Shown here one piece after another: positions 41,997 to 51,395 of a DNA stretch of 64,000 nt (its first letter is position 1; each line of letters opens with the position of its first letter). This stretch comes from Chthonomonadales bacterium (GTDB lineage Bacteria; Armatimonadota; Chthonomonadetes; Chthonomonadales; CAJBBX01). The stretch covers positions 9,736-73,735 of the forward strand of contig JBBIPC010000013.1 in assembly GCA_037443035.1 (NCBI GenBank). Direction: 5' to 3'. The position numbers and the translations under genes were made by a program. Below the pieces are notes generated by a model. The model was given only the letters and a program-made list of their open reading frames with translations, made no database searches and was not told the origin of the DNA.

Positions 41997-43940
41997 TCAG
42001 ACAAGATCATCCACATCGAACAGTTCGAGCACCCCGGGCAGCAGGATGCCCTTGATTCCGCGGGAATCGTAGTGCCGGTCGCGAATCCACTCCGCGAAGC
42101 GTGGGAGGGGTCCTTCCACGTCCAGCCCGCCAACGCGGTCATCAACGAACGCCGCCAGGATGCCGTATAGGCACTCCCGTCCCGCTTTGCCGTCGGCGAA
42201 GATGCGCACATCCGGGGCCAGGTCGAACTCGACAAGCAGGTCCACGGCCCGCAGTACGTCGTAGGTTCTGAGTGCGGCCAGGCTATCTCCTATCCACGTC
42301 AGGTCGTCCGCGAGCTTGTGGATGACGCCGTAGAACTCCAGAGGGGCGCAACTTGCCAGCAAGGAATGAGGGGCGAGGGCGCCGACACCAGCAACGTCCA
42401 GCACCAACACGCTCCGGCCGTCTCCGACGGTCTTCCGTATCCACGCAAGATGGCTCTGCAGGGAGCACGTTCCGCCATCCCACACCGCCAGTGTGGTAGG
42501 CAATCCGACTCCGTCGGATCCCATCGGCCGGAACTGCACGCCATGGCCCATGAGATCGGGCTGGGACCACCATATCCGCGCATCGGCGTGCAGGTCGCCC
42601 ACAGTGCCGGACCAGTAGGTTCGGGGGTTGAGATCGCATGGCTTCCGATGGGACCGGACGAGGTGGAGAATGTAATCTCGCGCGGCTTGGCGGCGATCCG
42701 CCAATGACTGGGCTGAACGTGCTTGCTCCAAGGCCGCCAGCCGTGCAGCGCATGACTCGAAGACCGCAGAGGCAGCCGGAATATCCGCGCGAACCTGCCC
42801 TGACTTGGTGCATCGCACGTCGGCTTCTGGGAACGGCGTCGTCGCGGCGTAGTCTGGCTCCACACCGCGACCCTGCAGATGCTCCGCGAAGAAGCGTGCC
42901 GCCGCCATAGCCAGAGTCGGTGTGTACGCATGGTCCGACCGATCCTCCACGAGCATGGGCTGGTCGCTCACGCCGAACGCTTCCCAGATGTGCCGGCAAC
43001 GCTGCACGGTCCGGCGCGTACCCTCGATGGGGAAGAAGTCGTCGGTGACAGCCAGGACACACACCGGCCGCGGCGCCATGGCGATGAGCACGTCCTCATG
43101 ATCGTAGCCAGCAGCCGTGAAGCCTGGCCAGATCTGCTCGGCATCCTGTGCTCCGCCGCTGTACATGTACGTCTGCCGATTCATGATGAACGTTCCTGGC
43201 GCCGCAGCAGCGATACGGGGGTCCGTGAGCATGAGCAGGCAGGATTGCGTCCCTCCCCCCGAGTTGCCCGTAAGACCGATGCGGCGGGTGTCTACGTCGG
43301 GACGGCTGCAAAGATAGTCCAGGCTCCGCATCGCGTCATGGAGCAAGAACCGCGCGAGAGACCACCCGAGGGGAACGCACTGTGCCCCGGCATGGTCGTG
43401 CTCCAGAGTGCATGCTCCCACCGTTGCACCACCGATGCGCGGATCCCAGTAACTCAGCCGTTCTCCTTGCCCGATGGGATCCTGGGCCAGCACGATGAAG
43501 CCCGTCTTCGCAAGCAGTTGGCAGACCCGCTGGTATTCCGGGTACGCCTTCCCCTGGACCGCGTGACCGCACAAGAACAACACGGCCGGTGCTGGTGTCT
43601 CGCAGTCATTGGGAAGGTACAGGAGGCTCGTGACGAAGTGCCCTGGTCGGCTCTCGTAGATCAGCTTCTCGATGCGGAAGCCGTCTCCCTTCAACTCGCC
43701 AGTCACTCGGGGCTCGATGGCCCCCGTGTCATCAGGCAGGCCACCGATGGAAGCAATGAAGAACTCGCGCAGACGCGCCTGACGTTCGCGAATCCCGTCC
43801 GGCGATGTCAGCGAGTCCCGCTGGGCATCGCCTATCTGGAAACACGTCTCCGCCCTTCGATAGATGTGCCACTTGAGCTGGTCTCGAACGTCGAAGAACC
43901 AGTCACCCGGCGATAACCGTTCCAGTTGCTCGATCGTCAT
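41997..43940 (-). CDS. Alpha/beta hydrolase, acetylxylan esterase-like
   Basis: EKLIYESRPG, DPIGQGER, nucleophile elbow TGNSGGGTQ; AGGAGG upstream. Confidence 0.87.
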   Translation of the reverse strand: MTIEQLERLSPGDWFFDVRDQLKWHIYRRAETCFQIGDAQRDSLTSPDGIRERQARLREFFIASIGGLPDDTGAIEPRVTGELKGDGFRIEKLIYESRPGHFVTSLLYLPNDCETPAPAVLFLCGHAVQGKAYPEYQRVCQLLAKTGFIVLAQDPIGQGERLSYWDPRIGGATVGACTLEHDHAGAQCVPLGWSLARFLLHDAMRSLDYLCSRPDVDTRRIGLTGNSGGGTQSCLLMLTDPRIAAAAPGTFIMNRQTYMYSGGAQDAEQIWPGFTAAGYDHEDVLIAMAPRPVCVLAVTDDFFPIEGTRRTVQRCRHIWEAFGVSDQPMLVEDRSDHAYTPTLAMAAARFFAEHLQGRGVEPDYAATTPFPEADVRCTKSGQVRADIPAASAVFESCAARLAALEQARSAQSLADRRQAARDYILHLVRSHRKPCDLNPRTYWSGTVGDLHADARIWWSQPDLMGHGVQFRPMGSDGVGLPTTLAVWDGGTCSLQSHLAWIRKTVGDGRSVLVLDVAGVGALAPHSLLASCAPLEFYGVIHKLADDLTWIGDSLAALRTYDVLRAVDLLVEFDLAPDVRIFADGKAGRECLYGILAAFVDDRVGGLDVEGPLPRFAEWIRDRHYDSRGIKGILLPGVLELFDVDDLV

Positions 43941-44065
43941 AGCCCTCGTCCTCCTGACAAGCTTCGTCCCTTCGCGCCATGTTTCGGCTCTCCGTGACAC
44001 ACTACCTGCCGCCCTCGAGGACTCTGACGGGACCTAACTGCGGTTCTGGTAGAATCTTCTCGAAC

Positions 44066-46666
44066 ATGAGACTGAACAACCCGTGGCACCAGACAGTGTG
44101 GGGCTGGACCCTTGCCGCGACGCTCTGCGCGCTGTGGCTCGGCACCGCCGTCGTGGCCCAGACAAGCAGACAGTCTGCCGCCCCAGGGGCCCAGAATCCT
44201 GCGCAGTCCACCGCGGCGAAGGCGGACCGCCTATTCGAACGTGCTCTTACGGCCCATCGGGCAGGCGATGCGGCCACCGCTATTGCTCTGTACAAGCAGG
44301 TCCTGGGGCTCATGCCCAACTCCTACGCAGCGCATCTCAACATAGCCCTGCTGTATCGAGCTCGGAATGCGAACAAGGAAGCCGAAGACCACTTGTTGAA
44401 GGCGGCAGCCGCGGACCCGAAGAGCAGCGTCCCACCATCCCAACTGGCCGTCCTCTATTTGGAAACGCGTCGTCTCGCCGAGGCTCGTCGTCAGGCCCAG
44501 CGCGCCATCCAGCTCGACCCAAAGAACGGTCAGGCCCACTTCGCTCTTGCCGGATGTCTCGTCGCTGCTAAGGACCTGACCGGCGCAGAGAAGGAGTACC
44601 GGCTCGCAGCGCGCTACGCTCCGAACAGTGCACCCGCCCATTACAACCTCGGCACCGTACTCGCGGCCAGGGGCAAGCTGGACGAAGCGCTCGATTCGCT
44701 GCGCGATGCCATTCGCCTGGATCCGCAGATGGGAGCCGCCCACCTCGCTGTGGGCAGCATCCTCTATCGCAAGAAGAACTACAAAGGCGCCATCACAGCT
44801 TACAGCCGAGCGGCCGATCTCATGCCGTCCAGTGCAACCGCGTACTACAACCTCGGACTCGCGCAGCAGGCACTAGGCGAAGCTGGCGATCGCAGAAGGA
44901 CCAACGATGCCATCACGAGCTTCCTCAAGACCCTCGAGCTCGCGCCGAAGTCGTTTCCTGCGCGCTTCAGTCTCGCGCGCCTGTATTACACGATCCGGAA
45001 CTACCCGCAGGCTGTCGTGCACTTTCGGGAAGCCTTGAAACTCGCGCCCACGGATGTCAAGCTTCTCGTGGATACCGCCATCGCCGAGACATGGGCATCC
45101 CAGAGCGCGACCGACCAAGCGCGACGCAAGGAGTACCAAGCTGCAGCGGAGCGGCGGTACAAACAGGCCTTGTCCAGCAACCCGCCACGCAACGCCTATG
45201 TGGGGCTGGGATTCCTCTATGAGCAGATGGGCCGCACGGACGAGGCCGTCAAGGTCTACACCGCATGGACCCAGAAGATGCCCAGGGACGCCGGCGCTTA
45301 TTCGGCCCTCGGCCGTCTGCTCCAATCGCAGAAAAAGGAACAGCAGGCCATCGCCGCTTACGAACGGGCCATAGCGCTGGCGCCACGAGATCCTGCCGCC
45401 TATACGGCTCTCGGCTCGCTGTACGAAGGCCAGCAGAAAACGGACCGAGCCATCGATGTCTACCGCCGACTTGCCGCAGCCACGCCGGGCAAGCCCGACG
45501 CCGACCGGCTGCTGGCACAGCTCTACCTCAAGACGAACAAGACCCAGGAGGCCATCCAGGCTCTTGAACGCCTGAAGAAGTCGGCACCCACGGACACCTA
45601 TCCTTACTCCGCCCTGGCCGGCTTGTACGAGCGGGATCAGCAGTACGACAAGGCCGAGCGAGAGTACCGCGGTTGGCTCCGTGTCGCACCCAAAGACATC
45701 TACGTGAAGTCCAGCGTCGCCCGCATGTTGGAGCGCCAGGGCAAACTGGACGAGGCCATCACCGTCTACAGGGAACTGGAGAAGGACCATCCCGACGATA
45801 CGGTGTACGTAGCGAACATCCCGCGCCTATTGGATCTGCAGGGCAAGACGGATGAGGCAATCGCAGAGTGGCGGCGCCTATGCGAGCGCTCTCCCCAGGC
45901 TGTGTCGTTCCGCAATGGCCTGGGCATGATGCTGGAAAAACAGCAACGATGGGCAGAAGCCATCGCTGAGTACGCCAAGGCGGTGGGTTCGACACCCAAC
46001 GACTCATGGCTCTGGCTGAAGATCGGCAACGCGTATATCCAGATGAACAACCTGCCGGAGGCGCGCACCGCCCTGGAGAAAGCACTGGAGAAGCAACCCG
46101 ATAATGCCGAGGCTCTCTCCAAACTCGCTACCGTCTACGACCGGGAGAAGCGCCCTGATCTCTGGATCAACTACCTTCAGACGCTTCTCGAGAAGCGCCC
46201 AGACAACGCTGGCGCGCTGACCCGCTACGAAACGGCCTGCAGTGCCGCGGGACGCCAGGCCGATATGCTCGCGTTTCTCTCCAGCCTGAAAGACCGGCCA
46301 GGGACGGGGCGGACCTTCCTCCAGGGATACGCCGGCATCCTAACACGCGCTGGCAAGCAGGAGGAAGCACTGGAAGTGCGCAAGCGCATCGCACGAGAGA
46401 ATCCCGACGATGTCTCCACGCGCCTGCTCATCGCCGACTACTACGCAGGAGCCGGGCGGCTTCCCGAGGAGATCTCCGTCTACGAGGAAATCGTCAAGGC
46501 TCGTGGCCTTCCTCCGGCGGGGATGGCGATCCACCGGATGAAGCTTGGCTCCCTCTACGAGAAGAACGGTCAGAAGGCCCAGGCCATCGAGCAGTACCGG
46601 GAGATCCTCAAAGCTGACCCCAATCACGCAGCCGCCAAGGAAGCGCTCCAGAGGCTGGGCGGTTGA
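44066..46666 (+). CDS. Exported tetratricopeptide-repeat protein
   Basis: Signal peptide then continuous TPR units (AHYNLG, AYYNLG, AYSALG). Confidence 0.92.
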   Translation: MRLNNPWHQTVWGWTLAATLCALWLGTAVVAQTSRQSAAPGAQNPAQSTAAKADRLFERALTAHRAGDAATAIALYKQVLGLMPNSYAAHLNIALLYRARNANKEAEDHLLKAAAADPKSSVPPSQLAVLYLETRRLAEARRQAQRAIQLDPKNGQAHFALAGCLVAAKDLTGAEKEYRLAARYAPNSAPAHYNLGTVLAARGKLDEALDSLRDAIRLDPQMGAAHLAVGSILYRKKNYKGAITAYSRAADLMPSSATAYYNLGLAQQALGEAGDRRRTNDAITSFLKTLELAPKSFPARFSLARLYYTIRNYPQAVVHFREALKLAPTDVKLLVDTAIAETWASQSATDQARRKEYQAAAERRYKQALSSNPPRNAYVGLGFLYEQMGRTDEAVKVYTAWTQKMPRDAGAYSALGRLLQSQKKEQQAIAAYERAIALAPRDPAAYTALGSLYEGQQKTDRAIDVYRRLAAATPGKPDADRLLAQLYLKTNKTQEAIQALERLKKSAPTDTYPYSALAGLYERDQQYDKAEREYRGWLRVAPKDIYVKSSVARMLERQGKLDEAITVYRELEKDHPDDTVYVANIPRLLDLQGKTDEAIAEWRRLCERSPQAVSFRNGLGMMLEKQQRWAEAIAEYAKAVGSTPNDSWLWLKIGNAYIQMNNLPEARTALEKALEKQPDNAEALSKLATVYDREKRPDLWINYLQTLLEKRPDNAGALTRYETACSAAGRQADMLAFLSSLKDRPGTGRTFLQGYAGILTRAGKQEEALEVRKRIARENPDDVSTRLLIADYYAGAGRLPEEISVYEEIVKARGLPPAGMAIHRMKLGSLYEKNGQKAQAIEQYREILKADPNHAAAKEALQRLGG

Positions 46667-46703
46667 GAATCAACAGGGATCGGTAATCCTCAGGGAGGAA
46701 GAA

Positions 46704-47303
46704 GTGCTGCACTACGCTAGACCTCTCGCAAGGCTCATCGGCGAGCTGGAGAAGCTCCCGGGCATCGGCCCCAAGTCGGCCCAGCGGATGGCCTACCACA
46801 TTCTCCGCGCATCACGGGCCGACGCAGAGGCCCTGGCCGCTGCCATCCTCGAAGTCAAGCAGAAGATCCGCTTCTGTAGCGAGTGCTTCAACTTCGCCGA
46901 GGAGGAGACGTGCGAAATCTGCCGGGACCCGAAACGACAGACCACCGCCGTATGCGTTGTGGCAGAACCGCGGGACATCCTGGCCATCGAACGGACCAAC
47001 GAGTACCGCGGGCTCTATCACGTGCTTCAGGGGGTCATTGCCCCGCAAGACGGCGTCATGCCCGATATGCTGCGCATTCGCGAGCTGATTGGCCGGGTCT
47101 CCCGGCTGGGGGTGCAAGAGGTCATCGTGGCCACAAATCCCACCGTGGAGGGCGACGCAACAGCGCTGTACATCGCGAGTCTGCTCAAACCTGCTGGTGT
47201 CAGAGTGACGCGATTGGCCCTGGGGCTACCCATCGGCGCGGAGCTGGATTACGCTGATCAGGCTACGCTGAGCTCCGCCCTGCAGTGGCGGCGCGATCTC
47301 TAA
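46704..47303 (+). CDS. recR: Recombination mediator RecR
   Basis: GTG with GGAGG; LPGIGPKSAQR, C4 Zn finger, CVVAEPRD, ATNPTVEGDATA. Confidence 0.97.
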   Translation: MLHYARPLARLIGELEKLPGIGPKSAQRMAYHILRASRADAEALAAAILEVKQKIRFCSECFNFAEEETCEICRDPKRQTTAVCVVAEPRDILAIERTNEYRGLYHVLQGVIAPQDGVMPDMLRIRELIGRVSRLGVQEVIVATNPTVEGDATALYIASLLKPAGVRVTRLALGLPIGAELDYADQATLSSALQWRRDL

Positions 47304-47856
47304 GGCGATCCGAGTTGACGAGATCCTCCAGGATCCACGCGACCGCCTCGCTCAGGTCGGCGCACACGTGATCGGGCGCGACGGGAAACCGCTCTGGCAC
47401 GTACGCCGGCTCCAGCCCCGATAGAACGAGCACCGTCTTGCATCCGACTGCGGCACCGCACTGGATATCCGTGGGCTTGTCCCCGACGAAATAGCTAGCA
47501 CACAGATCCACGCCCAGCTCCTCGCGTGCTCTCAGGAGCATGCCTGGCAGCGGCTTGCGACAATAGCAACCTTCCCAGGGCGCGTGGGGACAGTGGTAGA
47601 TCGCGTCAAAGTGGCCACCAGCCTCCGCCGTCTCATGTCGGAGTTTCTCGTGGATGCGGCTCAGTCCCGCTTCCGTGAGAAGTCCACGGCCGATACACGA
47701 CTGGTTTGTCGCCACCACCACACGAACACCGGCTCTGCACAGCGTAGCCACGGCACGGGCGGCCCCCGGCAGCATCTCGAGTTCGTCTGGAGACGTGACG
47801 AAGCCGGGACCGTCCTTGTTCAGAACGCCGTCGCGGTCGAGAAAGACGGCCTTCAC
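47263..47856 (-). CDS. gmhB: D-glycero-D-manno-heptose 1,7-bisphosphate phosphatase (HAD IIIA)
   Basis: AVFLDRDGVLN, TNQS, CPH...CYCRKP, VGDKPTD; downstream of SIS isomerase. Confidence 0.88.
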   Translation of the reverse strand: MKAVFLDRDGVLNKDGPGFVTSPDELEMLPGAARAVATLCRAGVRVVVATNQSCIGRGLLTEAGLSRIHEKLRHETAEAGGHFDAIYHCPHAPWEGCYCRKPLPGMLLRAREELGVDLCASYFVGDKPTDIQCGAAVGCKTVLVLSGLEPAYVPERFPVAPDHVCADLSEAVAWILEDLVNSDRLRDRAATAGRSSA

Positions 47857-48428
47857 GCCGCGGCTGCCTTCGGGCGAAGCCTATCCCGGAGTTCAGCGAA
47901 CACTAAGTGCAGCACCACCATGTGCACATCCTCTATCTGCTGCATGTTCGTGGATTGGACCACCAGACACTCATCGGTGACTGCAGCGAGCTCTCCCCCC
48001 ATGAAGCCTGCCATGCCGAAACAGTAGGCGCCCCGGCCTCGGGCAGCCTCCGCCGCACGAAGAATGTTCGGAGAATTGCCACTACCGCTGATGGCGATCA
48101 GAAGGTCCCCGGGTTCGGCCCAGCACTCCACCTGCGGTGCGTACACGTTCTCGTAGCTCGTGTCGTTGGCCCACGCGAGAACGAGAGGGGTGCAATCCGA
48201 CAGGCACATGGCCTTCAGAGGCTTGCCCGTATCCAACTGAATGCACTTCTGCAGGTCGTTGACGATGTGCGATGCCGTGGCCGCGCTGCCTCCATTCCCT
48301 ACCAGAAGCACGCGTCTGCCTTCCCGCCAGCACTCCTCCAGCAAGTCCGTGAGATGGGACAGTTGCCGTGTGTCAAGGCTCGATAAGAGTGCCTGGAGTT
48401 GCTCTATGTAGGCGGCTGGCGTCGGCAT
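47853..48428 (-). CDS. gmhA: SIS-domain phosphoheptose isomerase
   Basis: GNGGSAATASH, AWAND, ISGSGNSPN, IEDVH; GAGGAGG RBS. Confidence 0.85.
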   Translation of the reverse strand: MPTPAAYIEQLQALLSSLDTRQLSHLTDLLEECWREGRRVLLVGNGGSAATASHIVNDLQKCIQLDTGKPLKAMCLSDCTPLVLAWANDTSYENVYAPQVECWAEPGDLLIAISGSGNSPNILRAAEAARGRGAYCFGMAGFMGGELAAVTDECLVVQSTNMQQIEDVHMVVLHLVFAELRDRLRPKAAAA

Positions 48429-48520
48429 AGGATTCACCTCCTCGAGTATAGCGTCTCCATTATACCGGCACTCGGGGGCCAGTCCTTGGCGGCCGCTGAC
48501 GCAGACGACGCATGACTGCG

Positions 48521-51307
48521 CTACGGCGTCGTAGGTCGAACGACTTTCACCTTGATGATGGCCGGTTCGCTGGAGCGGACGCCATCGAGCACCCAGAGCT
48601 TGTATTCCAGTTCTCCGGGCTCCTTCGGAGCGGTGAGCTTCAGCGTCGGCCCCTGCGAGAGGGTACCCATGAGCCATCCCACGCTCACGTTCCACCGATA
48701 GAGAAGTGGCTGTCCCTCGGGGTCGTAGCTCTTGGAGCCGTCAATGGTGTACTCCTCGCCGCAGCGCACGATCAACTCTTTGGGTGCGACCGCCACTGGT
48801 GCCTTGTTGATCTTCCGAATCGCTTCGGGAACAGGCTTCCTCACGATCGGTGTCGGCTCGTCCGACGGCGGAAGACTGGTCCGTACGGTGTAGATGCCAC
48901 AGACCCTCTGGCCTGACAGGAACGCAGTGTTGAACTGCGTGAGGTCCATGAACCGCCACTCGCTGCGTTTCCCTGAGACGATCCGCAGAAGCAGTAGCCC
49001 CTGCACCTCCCAGACGTTCGGCGTGAAAGCTGTTTCCTTAGCCACGGTCCCGAAGGGATTCCAGACCGGCTTGGAACCGTCCACCACGTCCGTGTCTGGA
49101 TCGTCCCAGTCCTCGTCCGTATCCGTCGGAAACACGAATCGTCCTTCTTCGTCCGTCTGTCCCACGAACTTGGGCCGGTCAGCGAAGAACTTGGCACCAC
49201 TGTCCTGAACAGGTGCCTGCGTAACATGATAGACGTACACGGCTGCGTTCTTCAGAGGTCGGTCCATGGCGTCCGTGATGACAAGCCAGTTGGCCCTCAC
49301 CGGTATGAGGCGCCCCTGCGTCCCCCAGAAGCGGTCCCGGCGGTACCCTTTGAAAAACATAATATGCCCCGCCTGCGAAGGCTCTAGCCAGAGTTGGCAG
49401 CCGTCCATGAGCGAAGGATAACCCACGTAGCACGGCACGTTCACGCCGGGCGACGCTGGAAGGATATCGTTCCCGAGTACCACGGGCAACTCGGGAGAAC
49501 CGGCCACCGGCTTGCCGTCCTCATATGTTATCAGCACGTTGTGTGCGCTCACCGGGTAGCCGTACAGGTCCGGTTGGCTGAGGATGGTATGGCCGAACTC
49601 ATGGATAATGGCGCAGTCAATGGCCATCATGTCCACAGGCTCGTTGACCGGGAAACCGCCGTCGAAGTAGACCTCCTGCTTCCGATAGGGCTCGTTGTCC
49701 CAGTCCTTGCCTTCGTGTTCATAGGCAGTGAACGCGTCGATCCGATACGCTTCCTCCACGCCGTTCGGACCGGTCGTGGGATAGACCGCTTGGCGCAGCA
49801 TCCAATCCATGCGCAGCTTCTCGGCACGTAGCCAGTCGTAATAGCTGAACGAGCCGACGTGGTTGATCTTTCGATCGGCGAGACACGACGCGAGCACCTT
49901 CGGGTCCAAGCCGAATTGGACGGGGCGGGCGTCGCACAGTTCTGCGATGGTGTTGTTCGCCTCGCATATCTCCGCCACACGGTTGGCTGGGTCCAGCTCC
50001 AACTTCATCCAGGTGGGCTTCTCCGGAAACGGGAATCGAAACTCCACCGACGTTTCCTCGCCAGGCTCCAGGCTCCGTTCGAGGGTCGCTGTCATCGTCT
50101 GTATCGCCTTCTCCGAGGGATCCAGCCGGTAGTTTCGTATGCTGTCCGGGAGGAGCGAAAACCGAATGACGCTCCCTGGTCCAAGCCTCGCGGGCCCGAA
50201 GTTCCCCAGTCTCACGCGAGCCGTTGTCGGTTCGCCGGCAGCGGGACGGTCCTTGAGAGCGTCGTTCCGATAGCGAGGGTGCAGCTCGATGCAGATAACG
50301 CCGAGATCCGGTCGTTCCTGGGGCACAACCTCCAGCCGATACGTGGCGTCCATGCCGCGAAATGCCGCCTTCAATGTGCACATACCTGGTTGGAGAGCCT
50401 TGACTCTGCCGTTGGCGTCCACCGTCGCGATGCTGGGATCACTGGTCGTCCAGCGGATCAGCGGCTTGGCGTCGAAGTAGGCCCACTGACTGTACCGGAC
50501 CACGTTCTCCACCATCGGCTCCCACCTGCCATCTTGCCGCCCCAACAGACCGAACTGCTTCTCGCAACCCGCGACAGCCCGCCTGTCGGAGGGCGTACGC
50601 GTGGGTTCCGGATCCACGCGAATGGCAGTATAGGGAGCCGTTCGGAAATAGTCGCGGTAGACACAGGCCACCATCCCTACCCGCCCCTCGGCGTTGATGT
50701 CAGGACGCACGATCAACTCGTCGAATGCGGCGTCGCACGTAGCGTCGCCCAGCGTCAGTGCAGCAGGCATGGCGCCGGCATCGAAGACCCCATACGGCGT
50801 TACAGGACCGTCCTTGGCCCATCGGTCAATCCACAGCGCCAGTCCGACATTGCGTCCGCCGTGGCTCTTCCAGCCGACTGCCACATGGTGCCACTGCCGT
50901 GGCTGCCAGTCGGCCACATCGGCACGCGCCACGGTCATACTGTGAGGTGTCGTCAGCTCCGCCCGCAAGAGGCCGTTGGGGGCCTTCTCCAGCGTCAATT
51001 GCCGACCACCAGCGCTCTCCGTGGACCAGAACCGATGACGCCTCCCATCATCCCCGCGCCAGTTCGGCCGCACCCATATCTCGATCAATCCCTCGACCGG
51101 GTTCAGCTTCAGGCCGCTGATCCGCACAGGTCCGCGCGGCTCGATCCCGCGGCCGTACGTCCCCGCGCCAACGGGCCAGCTCTCCAGGACAAGCTGGTTG
51201 ACCTCGGGAGCGGGTGTGGCGTCGGTGAATGGCGCCTTCTGCACGGCATAGGCTGAGCTACGCTGGAGCACGCAGAGAAGCATGCACGCAATTGCCGATT
51301 GGAGCAT
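48521..51307 (-). CDS. Large secreted multidomain protein (LamG, Ig-like, CARDB-like, HEXXH metallopeptidase-like, PKD-like)
   Basis: WHHVAVGW; WTTSDPSIATVDANG; LDPANRVAEICEANN; IIHEFGHTILSQPDLY; IDGSKSYDPEG..L.Y.W. Confidence 0.8.
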   Translation of the reverse strand: MLQSAIACMLLCVLQRSSAYAVQKAPFTDATPAPEVNQLVLESWPVGAGTYGRGIEPRGPVRISGLKLNPVEGLIEIWVRPNWRGDDGRRHRFWSTESAGGRQLTLEKAPNGLLRAELTTPHSMTVARADVADWQPRQWHHVAVGWKSHGGRNVGLALWIDRWAKDGPVTPYGVFDAGAMPAALTLGDATCDAAFDELIVRPDINAEGRVGMVACVYRDYFRTAPYTAIRVDPEPTRTPSDRRAVAGCEKQFGLLGRQDGRWEPMVENVVRYSQWAYFDAKPLIRWTTSDPSIATVDANGRVKALQPGMCTLKAAFRGMDATYRLEVVPQERPDLGVICIELHPRYRNDALKDRPAAGEPTTARVRLGNFGPARLGPGSVIRFSLLPDSIRNYRLDPSEKAIQTMTATLERSLEPGEETSVEFRFPFPEKPTWMKLELDPANRVAEICEANNTIAELCDARPVQFGLDPKVLASCLADRKINHVGSFSYYDWLRAEKLRMDWMLRQAVYPTTGPNGVEEAYRIDAFTAYEHEGKDWDNEPYRKQEVYFDGGFPVNEPVDMMAIDCAIIHEFGHTILSQPDLYGYPVSAHNVLITYEDGKPVAGSPELPVVLGNDILPASPGVNVPCYVGYPSLMDGCQLWLEPSQAGHIMFFKGYRRDRFWGTQGRLIPVRANWLVITDAMDRPLKNAAVYVYHVTQAPVQDSGAKFFADRPKFVGQTDEEGRFVFPTDTDEDWDDPDTDVVDGSKPVWNPFGTVAKETAFTPNVWEVQGLLLLRIVSGKRSEWRFMDLTQFNTAFLSGQRVCGIYTVRTSLPPSDEPTPIVRKPVPEAIRKINKAPVAVAPKELIVRCGEEYTIDGSKSYDPEGQPLLYRWNVSVGWLMGTLSQGPTLKLTAPKEPGELEYKLWVLDGVRSSEPAIIKVKVVRPTTP

Positions 51308-51395
51308 GGCGGTGTCCTCCCTTCCCCATGCTTATTCCCAGGCAGTACCGCGTGCTCCTGCTGTTCTTGCACTTGAACGCGAAGGCTCGTCGAGG

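Noticed and set aside
47263..47303. 41-bp convergent overlap of recR and gmhB as antisense regulation
   Set aside because: Short 3' overlaps are common in compact GC-rich genomes; no further support
49859..51256. 465-aa plus-strand ORF
   Set aside because: Antisense shadow of the 928-aa secreted protein
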